Shown here piece by piece: positions 35,576 through 45,509 of a stretch of DNA of 48,405 nucleotides. A program made the translations under genes and the position numbers. This stretch comes from a virus (Duplodnaviria > Caudoviricetes): the IMG/VR virus record IMGVR_UViG_3300038393_002081, positions 1 to 48,405 of that record. One strand, given 5' to 3'. Numbering within the stretch: the stretch's first letter is position 1; each line of letters starts with the position of its first letter. Below the pieces are notes generated by a model. It ran no database searches. It had not been told where the DNA came from and saw only the letters and a list, made by a program, of their open reading frames with translations.

Positions 35576-36403
35576 ATGGCACTTTCAAAAGATACGATCA
35601 CACAAATAGAAAGCCTTCTGAAGCTTAAGCCGGGAGCATTGACTACTGCAATCACCGCAGAGGCTGAAACGGCATTGGAAATTCCGGAGGTACAAACCTT
35701 CACCGCCGCAGAACTCGCAACCCGCGACACAGCTACCGGTAACAAGAAGTACAACGAAGGCAAGGAAGCCGGAGTAGAGATGTTCATCAAAGGTCAGAAG
35801 ACAGCCCTCGGCCTTGAGTTTGACGGCAAGGACGGCACCGCTTTTCTCGATGCTTTCAAAGCGAAGGTCATTGCAGATGCGAATATCAAGCCCGCAGAGC
35901 ATGAGAAGACCATTGAGAAGCTGCGCCAATCGGTAAAGGACCAAGAAGCAAGGGCTGCACAACTGGAAGGCAGTATCAATCAGATCCGCCTTACTTCCAA
36001 AGTACTGGCCGATATGCCGGACAATGGTTTGGGCCTGCCAAAAGAAGACCTGCTACCGCTATTGGAACGCAGGGGCTATTCCTGGGAAGCCACCGACAGC
36101 GGTGCGGTAGTGGTGAAAAAAGGCGGTGAAATATTGACTGACCCCAAGCTCCAAACTCCGCTTGCTCCTAAAGACGCCTTCGGACAAATATTCAAGGAAA
36201 ACAAGTGGGAAGCGAAGGGCGAAGAACAGGGCAGACAAGGACGTGGAGGCAGCAGCAGCCATGCGAGTACCGGGGCGCCAACTACTATTTCCGAGGCGCA
36301 AAAGGCTTGGGAAAGCCAAGGCAAGAACGCCAATACAGCCGAGTATTCAGCGTATGTAAACGGGCTGAAGAAAGACAATCCATCATTTGATATGGCGGCG
36401 TAG
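35576..36403 (+). CDS. Capsid scaffolding protein
   Basis: Helical, charged, coiled coil; Gly/Ser linker and C-terminal helix-turn-helix; upstream of the capsid gene. Confidence 0.75.
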   Translation: MALSKDTITQIESLLKLKPGALTTAITAEAETALEIPEVQTFTAAELATRDTATGNKKYNEGKEAGVEMFIKGQKTALGLEFDGKDGTAFLDAFKAKVIADANIKPAEHEKTIEKLRQSVKDQEARAAQLEGSINQIRLTSKVLADMPDNGLGLPKEDLLPLLERRGYSWEATDSGAVVVKKGGEILTDPKLQTPLAPKDAFGQIFKENKWEAKGEEQGRQGRGGSSSHASTGAPTTISEAQKAWESQGKNANTAEYSAYVNGLKKDNPSFDMAA

Positions 36404-36481
36404 ATTTGCCCTTGAGTATTCCAAATGCTCATCAAAAGGTCGAGTGCGAATTTGACTCTATTGTTGATCAACTATCAAACA

Positions 36482-36934
36482 ATGACAATGATTGATCCGG
36501 TAGAATTTCGAATTGGGAATTACGTTGAACTAAAAAACTCAGGAATCATTCAAGTGAATTCTGATAACATTGGAGATATTTTAAATAATCCTTCTATTTT
36601 TAGTCCCATACCCCTCACGCCCGAAATACTAGAGGCATGCAATGGTACTCAAGTATGGGATGATGATGCAGCAGGCGGGATATGGTTCGCTGAAATGAAG
36701 GAGAATACTGAAACAGAGTTGCATGATTGGAAGACTATTCGATTCGGCGAGACTCTATTCGCTATCAAAAGAAAGCATCCTGCCAATATTTGGTATTCTG
36801 TAGACACACTCAGCGTTGAGATGACCCCAATAAGCAACTATTCGGAAATGTATCTGCACCGTCTACAGAACATTATTCATGCTATGTGCGGGTGTGAGCT
36901 AGATGTAGCGCTACCTCAGTTGCAACCTGCATAA
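36482..36934 (+). CDS. Hypothetical protein inserted between scaffold and capsid (paralog of 33129..33542)
   Basis: FRIGNYV...PIPLTPEIL...YLHRLQNIIHAMCGCEL. Confidence 0.7.
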   Translation: MTMIDPVEFRIGNYVELKNSGIIQVNSDNIGDILNNPSIFSPIPLTPEILEACNGTQVWDDDAAGGIWFAEMKENTETELHDWKTIRFGETLFAIKRKHPANIWYSVDTLSVEMTPISNYSEMYLHRLQNIIHAMCGCELDVALPQLQPA

Positions 36935-36978
36935 GGCATTTAAGATATAGGAGCCTCGCCCTAGTTTTAGAAAGAGGC

Positions 36979-37004
36979 AGCCCACTCATTAGAGTGGGTT
37001 TTTT
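36979..37004 (+). terminator. Intrinsic terminator before the capsid promoter
   Basis: AGCCCACTC-ATTA-GAGTGGGTT followed by TTTT. Confidence 0.85.
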
Positions 37005-37028
37005 ATGCGTATGTGCAGCATAAATCTA

Positions 37029-37078
37029 CACCGTACCAATTCGTAATTTCCCTACGTAAACTATGGTCAATAATTTTG
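37029..37078 (+). promoter_or_regulatory. Late promoter copy 2 (capsid operon)
   Basis: Identical 20-mer CACCGTACCAATTCGTAATT with TAATTTTG at the same 42-bp offset. Confidence 0.78.
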
Positions 37079-37108
37079 GTTCCATAGCGCATTCTTAGCG
37101 CTTCTACC

Positions 37109-37179
37109 GGGCGGGATACAGCCCACAAGTGACATAGCGGCAAGATATAGCCGCAGGAATTTCCGGCAGGATACAGCCG
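37109..37179 (+). promoter_or_regulatory. Three tandem hairpins GGC-RRGATAYA-GCC in the capsid 5' UTR
   Basis: 37109-37124, 37137-37154 and 37164-37179; shared 8-nt loop with co-varying outer stems. Confidence 0.7.
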
Positions 37180-37204
37180 AAGGGTTTTTACCAAGACCTT
37201 TCCA

Positions 37205-38227
37205 ATGTCCAATTTCTCACCGAGCAATCTGGTAGCAGCACAAGCGCTGCTTGCCGATAAGTTTAACCAAGCGGAGATGCGGCAAAAAGCACTGCCCGCC
37301 GTCCGCCTCGCACTTCAGAACTCTGATGTGCTCATTCCCACAGCGCAGGTATTGCGCACACGCGAAGATCGCGCTGTATCAGCTTACATCCTTAAGCGCT
37401 CCGTCCGGGCCACCACATCAAGCCGCACCTACAACCACAGCGGCAGCCGCGGTGATTCAATCGCTGTTGCGTTGAGCTGGACAAGTTTTGCTGACAAGTT
37501 CAGCATAAGCCTGAAGCAGATGGATAATAACATGTTCGGCTTCAACCAAACGCTTGCTCAACAGATCGAGAATGCCATCCTGAACATCCAGACAGATATC
37601 GAAACGGCTGAAATCGCCTATCTCATGGCTCAGCGTTCACAGGTAAACGCCGGTACCGTCAATGGCACGTGGAACAGCACCACATATGCTTATGAAATCG
37701 ACGCGAGCTACAAGCAGCGCTTCGTTCAGATCGCAAAGGCGATGATGGTGCAGAACAAGTACCGTGGCATGTACGATATGATCACCGATCCGCTGACGCA
37801 CGTCGATGCGGAGTTTTTCGCCAATCAGGGATCATCCAACGGCACCAATACCGGATTCCAGTTCTCCGGCGTCAATATCGCCGAGAGCACCGATCTGAGC
37901 GATTCGGACTATGCTGGTGGCTGCGCCTTCATTATGCCTGCAGGCTCCTTCGGCATGCTGCCGTGGATTCCCAAACAGAACCGCGAAGGCTATGGCGACT
38001 TCAACAGCTATACAGGCGGCTTCGGTTCTATTGCCGACCCTACAGGGCTCCCGCTTACCTATGCTCTGCATGGCTACGCAGCACGTGCCGACGCTTCGGG
38101 CTCGAACGGTGACACGCAGGACGTTGTTCTTGAGTTCGAATTGTCGGTGGATATCGCCAACATCCTGTCCCCGATCTCCGGCTCAAGCAGCGAAAGCGTG
38201 GTTTTCGAACTCGGACAGCTGCTCTAA
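37205..38227 (+). CDS. Major capsid protein
   Basis: 340 aa after the scaffold, with its own promoter and strongly biased codon usage. Confidence 0.75.
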   Translation: MSNFSPSNLVAAQALLADKFNQAEMRQKALPAVRLALQNSDVLIPTAQVLRTREDRAVSAYILKRSVRATTSSRTYNHSGSRGDSIAVALSWTSFADKFSISLKQMDNNMFGFNQTLAQQIENAILNIQTDIETAEIAYLMAQRSQVNAGTVNGTWNSTTYAYEIDASYKQRFVQIAKAMMVQNKYRGMYDMITDPLTHVDAEFFANQGSSNGTNTGFQFSGVNIAESTDLSDSDYAGGCAFIMPAGSFGMLPWIPKQNREGYGDFNSYTGGFGSIADPTGLPLTYALHGYAARADASGSNGDTQDVVLEFELSVDIANILSPISGSSSESVVFELGQLL

Positions 38228-38266
38228 TCCCAAACGTCACAACCTAAAAAACAGAATAAAGAGACA

Positions 38267-38671
38267 ATGAAAAAGCTCATATTTCTTCTGGTTGCTGCCT
38301 TCGGGATGATCGCAACAACCACTCAGGCGCAGACCGCAGTACTGATGCCCCTTGCCGCTGGCGATACTATTGTAGATGCCGGCACCGTCTTTAAGACGTT
38401 CGCCGCAACCGGCAACTATGCCGGCGTGACCGTCCAAGTGAATCTCACCAAGGTATCCGGCACCGGCGCGGGATCCGTTGTCGTTCAGGGGTCGCTCGAC
38501 GGCTCCAAGTACACGACGATCGGCTCCGCCTATACCATCACCAACACCGCTTCGCAGGCCGCTTTCTTCATCGTTACGGCACCGCTTCCGCCTTATATCA
38601 AGGTGCTCTGCACCGGCTCTGGCACGGAGGTCGTGGGCGCGCGATACAGGTACAAGTTCGTCAACTACTAA
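38267..38671 (+). CDS. Small jelly-roll-like protein with Sec signal peptide directly after the capsid gene (decoration-like)
   Basis: MKKLIFLLVAAFGMIATTTQA|Q; VVVQGSLDGSKYT...PYIKV beta-sandwich pattern. Confidence 0.65.
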   Translation: MKKLIFLLVAAFGMIATTTQAQTAVLMPLAAGDTIVDAGTVFKTFAATGNYAGVTVQVNLTKVSGTGAGSVVVQGSLDGSKYTTIGSAYTITNTASQAAFFIVTAPLPPYIKVLCTGSGTEVVGARYRYKFVNY

Positions 38672-38680
38672 GCCGCTGCC

Positions 38681-39769
38681 GTGCTTTCCAACGCTATCAA
38701 TACCGACCGGGTGCTCGCTGCTATGCGTGGCAGACTTGGGTGGCGTCAGCCTACCCGTGGGGGTGTACCTACATTGACCACCGCGAATACAACAGCGACA
38801 TCCGGACGGTATTATGGCGAGGGGTTCCATGAGGCAGCCGGAATCTCCCGGCTCTACGAGGTGCAGGAAGACAAGGAAATATCGGAGAGCGAATTCAACA
38901 CACTGCTTCAGCAGTGGGATGATGAAGTGATCATGCGATGTATCAACGCCGTTTTCAATCGCCCTCAACTCATTGACAACTGCCTGATTTACGAGCGTGG
39001 CTATCCTGAAAACAGGGCAATACCGCTTACCAATACAGGCCGATTTGTAGGATATCAGATTACCGTAGCGCCCGGCGATTACTCAGCATACGCCCTTAGC
39101 GCATCGCTGTACTTCGATGAGGCAGCTACGTTCAATCTATATCTGTTCAATGATATGAAGGCGTCGCCCTTGCAGACCAAAAGTGTAACCACCGTAGCTA
39201 ATGATCAAACACTCGTTACGCTGGATTGGCAGATAACCAATCTCAGCGCATCTAATAAGGGCGGCACTTTCTACATCGGATATTTCCAGGATGATATCAG
39301 TCCCGCAAAAGCGCTGGATGATACTTATCAGTGTGCGACCGATACGAAGATATTTGGCGCCGTTGCCATTGAAGCGACCCAAACCGGCGCTGCGGATTTC
39401 GACCGCACGCAGCCGGTACAGACGCAACACAGCTATGGATTGAACCTGCAAATCGCTTCCTGCCGGGATTATACCGAAACCATCGTCCGCAATGCCCACC
39501 TCTTTGATGAGGTCCGCGGGTTAGTAATGGCACTCCGGGTATTGGGTACGGCTGTCAATAGCCTACGCTCCAACAATACGGAGATGAAGACTGCCGATCA
39601 GGTGGGGCAATTGCTGGCCGACATGAATACGGCCTTTCCAACTCAGGAAATGCCTTATGTCGCCGGGCTGAAAAGCCAGATCACGCGGGAGCTCAAGCGT
39701 ATCAATGCCAATTTCTTTCCCAAAGCGACCCTTACAAGCGCCATAGTAGACTGCCTCAATGATTGCTAA
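38681..39769 (+). CDS. Head-tail connector/adaptor-like structural protein
   Basis: Position after the capsid gene; 362 aa; LGWRQP..SGRYY motif. Confidence 0.55.
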   Translation: MLSNAINTDRVLAAMRGRLGWRQPTRGGVPTLTTANTTATSGRYYGEGFHEAAGISRLYEVQEDKEISESEFNTLLQQWDDEVIMRCINAVFNRPQLIDNCLIYERGYPENRAIPLTNTGRFVGYQITVAPGDYSAYALSASLYFDEAATFNLYLFNDMKASPLQTKSVTTVANDQTLVTLDWQITNLSASNKGGTFYIGYFQDDISPAKALDDTYQCATDTKIFGAVAIEATQTGAADFDRTQPVQTQHSYGLNLQIASCRDYTETIVRNAHLFDEVRGLVMALRVLGTAVNSLRSNNTEMKTADQVGQLLADMNTAFPTQEMPYVAGLKSQITRELKRINANFFPKATLTSAIVDCLNDC

Positions 39770-40353
39770 CAGTGATATACCTCAAGTTTCCCGTGAACGG
39801 CATTGATATCCCCATACAGCTAATTCAGCAGGAGGTTTATGATGAACTTCTCTGTAAGTGGCAGCTTCAGGATAGCGACTGGCAGTGTTTCGGGCGGGTA
39901 TATAAGAAGGCGCAACCCAAAGGCGGATATCTGCCCGAGGCATTCGTCGGTGGTGCGGGCGGCGACTACGAACCGGTACTGCTCGACGACAAATACGCGG
40001 TATCCTCCTTTTTCGCTGTAAACGATATCTACAAGGCGGACGGTTTTTACAACAAATACCAGGTGAGGCTAATCTTCATGGTTGACCTCGGACGGATTTA
40101 CTCAGGGAACGAAACCCGGCCGGATGCCGAAGCAAGGGATGCGGTACAGGCGGCAATCGGAGATAACTGTCACGGATTTACCGTCACGTCGGTGATTACC
40201 ACCGTTCCAAAGGTCTTTGCCGAATACACCATCAGCAGGGCCGGCGTCCAGCAGGACGGATCCAAAAGCCACGACGTTCATCCGTACCACGTATTTGCTA
40301 TTGAGGGCGACCTGCTATGGGACAGTCCTATACGCGCCAACGACTACGAATAA
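39763..40353 (+). CDS. Tail completion/terminator-like protein
   Basis: Position before the major tail gene; VRLIFMVDL...HPYHVFAI. Confidence 0.5.
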   Translation: MLTVIYLKFPVNGIDIPIQLIQQEVYDELLCKWQLQDSDWQCFGRVYKKAQPKGGYLPEAFVGGAGGDYEPVLLDDKYAVSSFFAVNDIYKADGFYNKYQVRLIFMVDLGRIYSGNETRPDAEARDAVQAAIGDNCHGFTVTSVITTVPKVFAEYTISRAGVQQDGSKSHDVHPYHVFAIEGDLLWDSPIRANDYE

Positions 40354-40386
40354 CAGACAACAAAACAAAAAATCAACAAATAGATC

Positions 40387-41382
40387 ATGGCAAACAATAC
40401 CTACGTCTACGAACTGGTGCGTAATGCAGCGTCTGTCAATCAGGGCGCGCAAGGCACCCCCATTAAGTGGAAGCGCATCAAAGCCCTTCTCATGACGCCG
40501 GTGGATACGTATTATACGCCCACACAACTATCTACGCTCCGGGCTACACTGCAGGCAGCAAATATCGCCGCTGACCCCTACGCCCGTAACCAAGTGATCG
40601 GTACCATTCAGGAAACGGAAGACAAGAGCACGGACCCGAAGACCCTCAGCTATACCTATGGGCAGGAAAACGAAGTCTACCCCGGCCAATATGCTTTCTC
40701 GTTCATGTTCGGCGACAATGACCTCGCCAAGCAGATGACACGTCAGAAGTATAATGGCCGTGCTGATGAATTCTGGTGCTTTCTGCTCGATGAGGGGCTG
40801 AACATTATCGGTACCAAGCGCAATGACGGATCCGACAATGTCGTTTTCGGTGGCTTCAGCATCCAGGAGATGCAGGCGCGCAATGTGAAGCTCGATGCCG
40901 GTGAGGGAGCCAAGCAGGGGATGTTCATTTCATTCGCTGATTCCACGGAGTTCAACAACGGTAACCTGATGGTAATTGCCGCAGGCTTCAAGACATGGAC
41001 AGAGATCAAGAATGTGACCGATGTAAAGCTCACACAATTGTCGGCGCTTTCCACCCGCACGATTGGCCTTGCAGCCATCATGGAGGGGGGCGAGATCGGA
41101 ACCAATATTGCCGAGCGATCCACGATGTCGGCAGTGTTCGTCGCCAATCCGTCGTTGATTGTCGGCAAGAATAAGACGGCCGGCACAGCGCTTACTACGT
41201 CCACCGTGGCAGTAACCACGAACGCCGCAGGCCAGTACTATTTCTCCATCACGTTCGCTTCCACCAATTTCCCGACCACAGGCCAGGTGCTGGAAATCTA
41301 CTTTGACAGCATTGCGAACCTCGCAGCGCAGGGTCTCAAGTACTTCGAAACACCGGTACACTTCACCGTAACTATTCCATAA
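40387..41382 (+). CDS. Major tail protein
   Basis: 331 aa, high-expression codon bias, C-terminal Ig-like extension, upstream of chaperones and tape measure. Confidence 0.65.
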   Translation: MANNTYVYELVRNAASVNQGAQGTPIKWKRIKALLMTPVDTYYTPTQLSTLRATLQAANIAADPYARNQVIGTIQETEDKSTDPKTLSYTYGQENEVYPGQYAFSFMFGDNDLAKQMTRQKYNGRADEFWCFLLDEGLNIIGTKRNDGSDNVVFGGFSIQEMQARNVKLDAGEGAKQGMFISFADSTEFNNGNLMVIAAGFKTWTEIKNVTDVKLTQLSALSTRTIGLAAIMEGGEIGTNIAERSTMSAVFVANPSLIVGKNKTAGTALTTSTVAVTTNAAGQYYFSITFASTNFPTTGQVLEIYFDSIANLAAQGLKYFETPVHFTVTIP

Positions 41383-41385
41383 TCC

Positions 41386-41634
41386 ATGAAGACGATTATA
41401 GTAGCCAATCACGGCTTTGTAGCCGATGAGGTAACGAAGTTCAAGACATACGACGCCTTCAAAACGGAAGCGGATACGGCCGGCTACTTCGAGCATTCGG
41501 CACCGGAAGACCGGGAGCGCTTGCTCAAGCAAGTATGGGAGGAAGCCAATGCTAAGCCCGCCGAACCGGAAAAGGCCACTGAACCTGCCAAGACATCCAA
41601 GTCCGAAAAGGACAAGGATAATCAGCAGAAGTAA
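41386..41634 (+). CDS. Small tail-region protein
   Basis: 82 aa with a low-complexity charged tail. Confidence 0.55.
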   Translation: MKTIIVANHGFVADEVTKFKTYDAFKTEADTAGYFEHSAPEDRERLLKQVWEEANAKPAEPEKATEPAKTSKSEKDKDNQQK

Positions 41635-41638
41635 TAAC

Positions 41639-41662
41639 AGGCCAGCCCCGTAAGGCTGGTCT
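41639..41662 (+). terminator. Stem-loop (weak terminator or stability hairpin) after the major tail genes
   Basis: AGGCCAGCC-CCGTAA-GGCTGGTCT followed by a pyrimidine-rich tract. Confidence 0.6.
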
Positions 41663-41674
41663 TATTCCCTTCTT

Positions 41675-42148
41675 ATGCCGGATACTTTGTTTGATCGGCT
41701 GAATAAGTGGCGTACGGTCGTTGCCGACCTGCAGCAGATGGCCGGCGATATCGTGGTGGAGAACGGAGAAAAGGTGGACGACCTGATCCGCGCACAGCTT
41801 TATGAGCACGGCGAAGACGGCTACGGGCACCAACTCACACCACAATATCAGTCCAAGAGCTACGCACGGAAGAAGTATGGCATGAATCCGGCGCCGGGAT
41901 ATGGTGTGCCCGACCTGAAGCTGAAAGGCGATTTCTACCGCGGCATAGCGGTTCAGGTGAGTAGCGGCAACATGGTCATTACATCCACAGACCGAAAAAC
42001 GGATTGGTTGGTAAAAGGGAGCAGGCTCGGCTACGGCGAAGGCGTTTTTAAACTCCTGCCTGAAAACGTCGGGGTAGTCCGAAAGACCATCCTGCAGCCG
42101 AATCTGGTTGATCAGATATCAAATCGAACAGGTGCCTTAGTAGAATGA
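41675..42148 (+). CDS. Neck/tail component (HK97 gp10-like)
   Basis: RAQLY..GEDG.G..L.PQY...YARKK...DLKLKGDFY motif. Confidence 0.6.
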   Translation: MPDTLFDRLNKWRTVVADLQQMAGDIVVENGEKVDDLIRAQLYEHGEDGYGHQLTPQYQSKSYARKKYGMNPAPGYGVPDLKLKGDFYRGIAVQVSSGNMVITSTDRKTDWLVKGSRLGYGEGVFKLLPENVGVVRKTILQPNLVDQISNRTGALVE

Positions 42149-42771
42149 AAGCATACTATCACGATAGCAATATGCCAATGACCCGTTACATCCTTGTAAC
42201 GGTTACGGGTGATCTGCGGCACCTGCTGATAGATGAATCTTCTTTTGAGATATCCGAGTCATTGGCTGATGAACTACGCGATGCATGGCTGGCAATCAAC
42301 AGCGCATGGACCGAAATAGTGGACGATTCAGACAGCAACGCCTATACTGAAAGCCTGCACCGTATTAACGAGCTGAAGGCAAGGCTCATGATGTATAGGA
42401 TGGCGGTTGACGTATGCCGGGTTCTTCCACTGCCCCACTTCATCAAGGTCTTATCCGACGAGTTTGGGTATGAGGAATTGGATCCCGATCACGTTGGCTT
42501 TGGTGCGGCACTGGACCGGATATTGGTAGAGCTGTCCGCCGATGAAATTGAGCTACAGGCGCTGGAATCTAAAGTATCCAGAAAAGAGGAAGGGATACAG
42601 GGGAATAACGGACGAGTTACGGAGCAGCAATATGACGACCTGCTTTTTACGATCAACCAATCAGAGGGGACGGTATATAAAATGTCGGAATTGAATGTCC
42701 GTCAATTCGCGGTGCTGCTGAATCGTCTGCGTCGCAGGGGAAAACCTGCACCAAAACCACTTGAGGAATAA
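42145..42771 (+). CDS. Putative tail assembly chaperone
   Basis: Helical ORF immediately before the tape measure gene. Confidence 0.5.
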   Translation: MKAYYHDSNMPMTRYILVTVTGDLRHLLIDESSFEISESLADELRDAWLAINSAWTEIVDDSDSNAYTESLHRINELKARLMMYRMAVDVCRVLPLPHFIKVLSDEFGYEELDPDHVGFGAALDRILVELSADEIELQALESKVSRKEEGIQGNNGRVTEQQYDDLLFTINQSEGTVYKMSELNVRQFAVLLNRLRRRGKPAPKPLEE

Positions 42772-45509
42772 TGGCCGCATCATACGAACAAAGCCTTGTT
42801 GAGCTGCTCGGGCCTAATGCCCTGGCTGATGCTATGAAGGTAGTTGAGGTCGTGGAATTAGCGACCGAAAAACTGATTGGATATCAGAAAGTAGCCGCCT
42901 CCATGACCAGTGCCCCGGTCGGCGCTTCCCTGCAATCAGCTGTACAGAATGCGGAGAAGCTATCTACGGTGCAAAGTGATTCGGCAAAAACCATGAAAGT
43001 CTATGGCGATTCCGTAGAATTGGTTAACCAGATCATGGCCAAACATAACGGCCATTCCAAGGAGTTCTTTCAAAATCTAATTCTGGCGGAAAAGGCCGAA
43101 AAAGAAGCCTCGGCAGCACGCATCAAGCGATATCAGGAAGACGCGGCAGCGCAAAAAGCGCAAATGCGGGCTACCAAAGACACTGAAGACGCCTATAAGT
43201 CCCTCAACAAGCAATATAGAGAAGCTGCGGCCAATGCTAAAGCAATAGGCGCCTCTCTGGGCACTACAAGCCCTCAGTTTAAGATTGCTTCTGCTGCGGC
43301 GAAAGAAATGAGCGACAAGCTCAAAGAAATAGATGGTGCTGTAGGCCAGAATCAAAGGAATGTCGGCAACTACTCCGGAGCACTCAACAAACTGTGGAGC
43401 GTTATTCGTCAGGCTGCCTATATACTTCCGGGTATTGGCATCAGCGGCATCCTGGATATAGGCCAGCAAGCCATTGTCGGACTTTTTGATTATGTGCGCG
43501 GCCTTACGACTATGAATGCCGCTTTAACCAAGGCTAAAGAAACGCTTAATGCCTTCAACAAGGGGCTTGAGAGCAACGAATACAAAAGCGCCGTTACCAA
43601 TATCGCCGAATTGCGGGCAGAAGTCCAGCTTGCAAAAGAGGGATTTTTGGATAAAGACAAAGTAGTCAAACACTACAATGATACGGTCGGCGAAACCATC
43701 GGGCAGGTAAAAACCCTAAATGAAGTCGATCGGAAATTAATTGATCAGGCCGACAACTACATCAAAATGACGCTGTACAAGGCAGCGGCAAATATCGCTT
43801 TGCAGGAAGCGGCCCAAAAAGCAATCGAAGCCGAGAAAATCCGCCTCAAAAATCTCGATGACTTCAGGAATAGTATAGTTGATAGTCGCGTTTCCGCCGG
43901 GGGCTCCGCCGTATTTGGCGGCGGTACCTTCAATGCTGCCGAATATGACCGGGAGACACAGCGCATTCGAGCCGCGCAGGCCAAGCGACAGGCCGATCTA
44001 ATTAAGCAGCAGGCCGATGCGCAGAAAATGCAAGAGAATATTGCTGATAGCTTTCTTCAGAAAGCGGCTGAGATTTCAAAAAAGAATCAATTCGACTTCT
44101 TTGGTGGTAAAGAGGATGAAAAGAACAAAAGGCAGCAGGACCTCACTAACGAACGAATCAAAGCCGAATCTGAACTGACAGCCGCGCTTTTTGATCAGCA
44201 GAAACAGCGGAATCAGATAGCAGCGGAAGCACAAAAAGCAATTGCAGATGATGAGACAAATAATCTGCAAAAGCGTGTAGATGCATACAACGACTATACG
44301 GCGAGCCTGATCAATATGGCGGGACTGGAGTCCGCTAAGGAGCAATCCATTATTCAACTCAAGCTCGAAAAGATAGCTGAGATTGAGAAAAAATCAGTTG
44401 ACAAACGCACCAATGAAGAAAAGGTATTGCTCTTGTCTAAGGATGCGCTAGGTGTCCAATTGGTCAATGCCACAGAAAAATATGAAGTAGAGCGCTCTAA
44501 GATCATAGAAGATGCCGCCAAGTGGCAAACCGGCATTATAAAACAGTATGGCAGCGAAGCGGAACAGGCGCTAAAGAAATCCGCAGAAAACCTGAAAGGG
44601 CTTTCGGAGTTCTTTGCTGGTACCGGGCAAAAGCAGTCGCGGCAACAATACCTGAGAGTACTTGATCAACGGCGGCAGGCAGAGAAGGATTATGTGGATG
44701 CCGCTATTAGCTCACAACAGATAATCTCCGACCTATACTCTGCCGCAAATGAAAAGCGTCTGAAGGAATTGGATGCAGAGATCAGCAAAATTCAGGAGCG
44801 TGCCCAGGCCGAGATAGACGCTGTACAATACTCGGCTTCCTATGCCACACTTTCCGAACAAGAGAAGAACAATAAGATACTTGCCATCAAGGCCGACGCC
44901 GATCAAAAAGAAAAGCAAATAGAGCGTGAAAAGATAGAAAGGCAACGCAGGCAGGCCATTTTTGAGAAGTATGTTACCATAGCTACAATTATTGCGCAGA
45001 CGGCGCTTGCCGTTGTCGGAGCGTTGGCGGAAGTCTCAAAAGGTACTCCTTACTATTTGGCGGTGGCTAATGCTATAGCGGCTGGAGTAGCCGGAGCGGC
45101 TCAGGTAGCGAGAGCAGCGGCTACGCCAATCCCATCGTACAAGAAGGGTATTAAAGGCGCGGGCCACCCCGGAGGGCTTGCCGAAGTAGGCGATGGAGGC
45201 GTTACCGAAGTAGCCGTAACACCGGACGGCAATAGCTACCTCACTCCGTCTACAAGTACCATAGTAGACCTTCCGAAAGGCACGAGAATATTTCCGAGCG
45301 TCGAAGACTACATAGCGGAGGCGCAGTACCGGTCGATGCGCGGCCTTGGAGGTGTGCTGAAACCAGTCAAGGAAACGCCGGCAGTCAGCACAAAGGAAAT
45401 GGAGCGCTATCTGCGTCGCATAGCCTACGGGATTGATGCGTTGCAAACCAAACAGCCGATAGTTATAAACCAGGGCTTTGCCGCCTACTATCAGCATATG
45501 GTCAAATGA
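42771..45509 (+). CDS. Tape measure protein
   Basis: 912 aa, Ala/Lys/Glu-rich coiled coil; QRNVGNYS motif; C-terminal PIPSYKKG..GGLAEVGDGG. Confidence 0.9.
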   Translation: MAASYEQSLVELLGPNALADAMKVVEVVELATEKLIGYQKVAASMTSAPVGASLQSAVQNAEKLSTVQSDSAKTMKVYGDSVELVNQIMAKHNGHSKEFFQNLILAEKAEKEASAARIKRYQEDAAAQKAQMRATKDTEDAYKSLNKQYREAAANAKAIGASLGTTSPQFKIASAAAKEMSDKLKEIDGAVGQNQRNVGNYSGALNKLWSVIRQAAYILPGIGISGILDIGQQAIVGLFDYVRGLTTMNAALTKAKETLNAFNKGLESNEYKSAVTNIAELRAEVQLAKEGFLDKDKVVKHYNDTVGETIGQVKTLNEVDRKLIDQADNYIKMTLYKAAANIALQEAAQKAIEAEKIRLKNLDDFRNSIVDSRVSAGGSAVFGGGTFNAAEYDRETQRIRAAQAKRQADLIKQQADAQKMQENIADSFLQKAAEISKKNQFDFFGGKEDEKNKRQQDLTNERIKAESELTAALFDQQKQRNQIAAEAQKAIADDETNNLQKRVDAYNDYTASLINMAGLESAKEQSIIQLKLEKIAEIEKKSVDKRTNEEKVLLLSKDALGVQLVNATEKYEVERSKIIEDAAKWQTGIIKQYGSEAEQALKKSAENLKGLSEFFAGTGQKQSRQQYLRVLDQRRQAEKDYVDAAISSQQIISDLYSAANEKRLKELDAEISKIQERAQAEIDAVQYSASYATLSEQEKNNKILAIKADADQKEKQIEREKIERQRRQAIFEKYVTIATIIAQTALAVVGALAEVSKGTPYYLAVANAIAAGVAGAAQVARAAATPIPSYKKGIKGAGHPGGLAEVGDGGVTEVAVTPDGNSYLTPSTSTIVDLPKGTRIFPSVEDYIAEAQYRSMRGLGGVLKPVKETPAVSTKEMERYLRRIAYGIDALQTKQPIVINQGFAAYYQHMVK

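Noticed and set aside
38237-38968. Long antisense ORFs over structural genes (e.g. 243 aa here, also 40930..41532 and 34226..34747)
   Set aside because: Shadow frames of codon-biased + strand genes with no motifs or expression signals.
41386-42771. Programmed frameshift in tail chaperone genes
   Set aside because: No convincing slippery heptamer with an overlapping downstream frame was found by eye.
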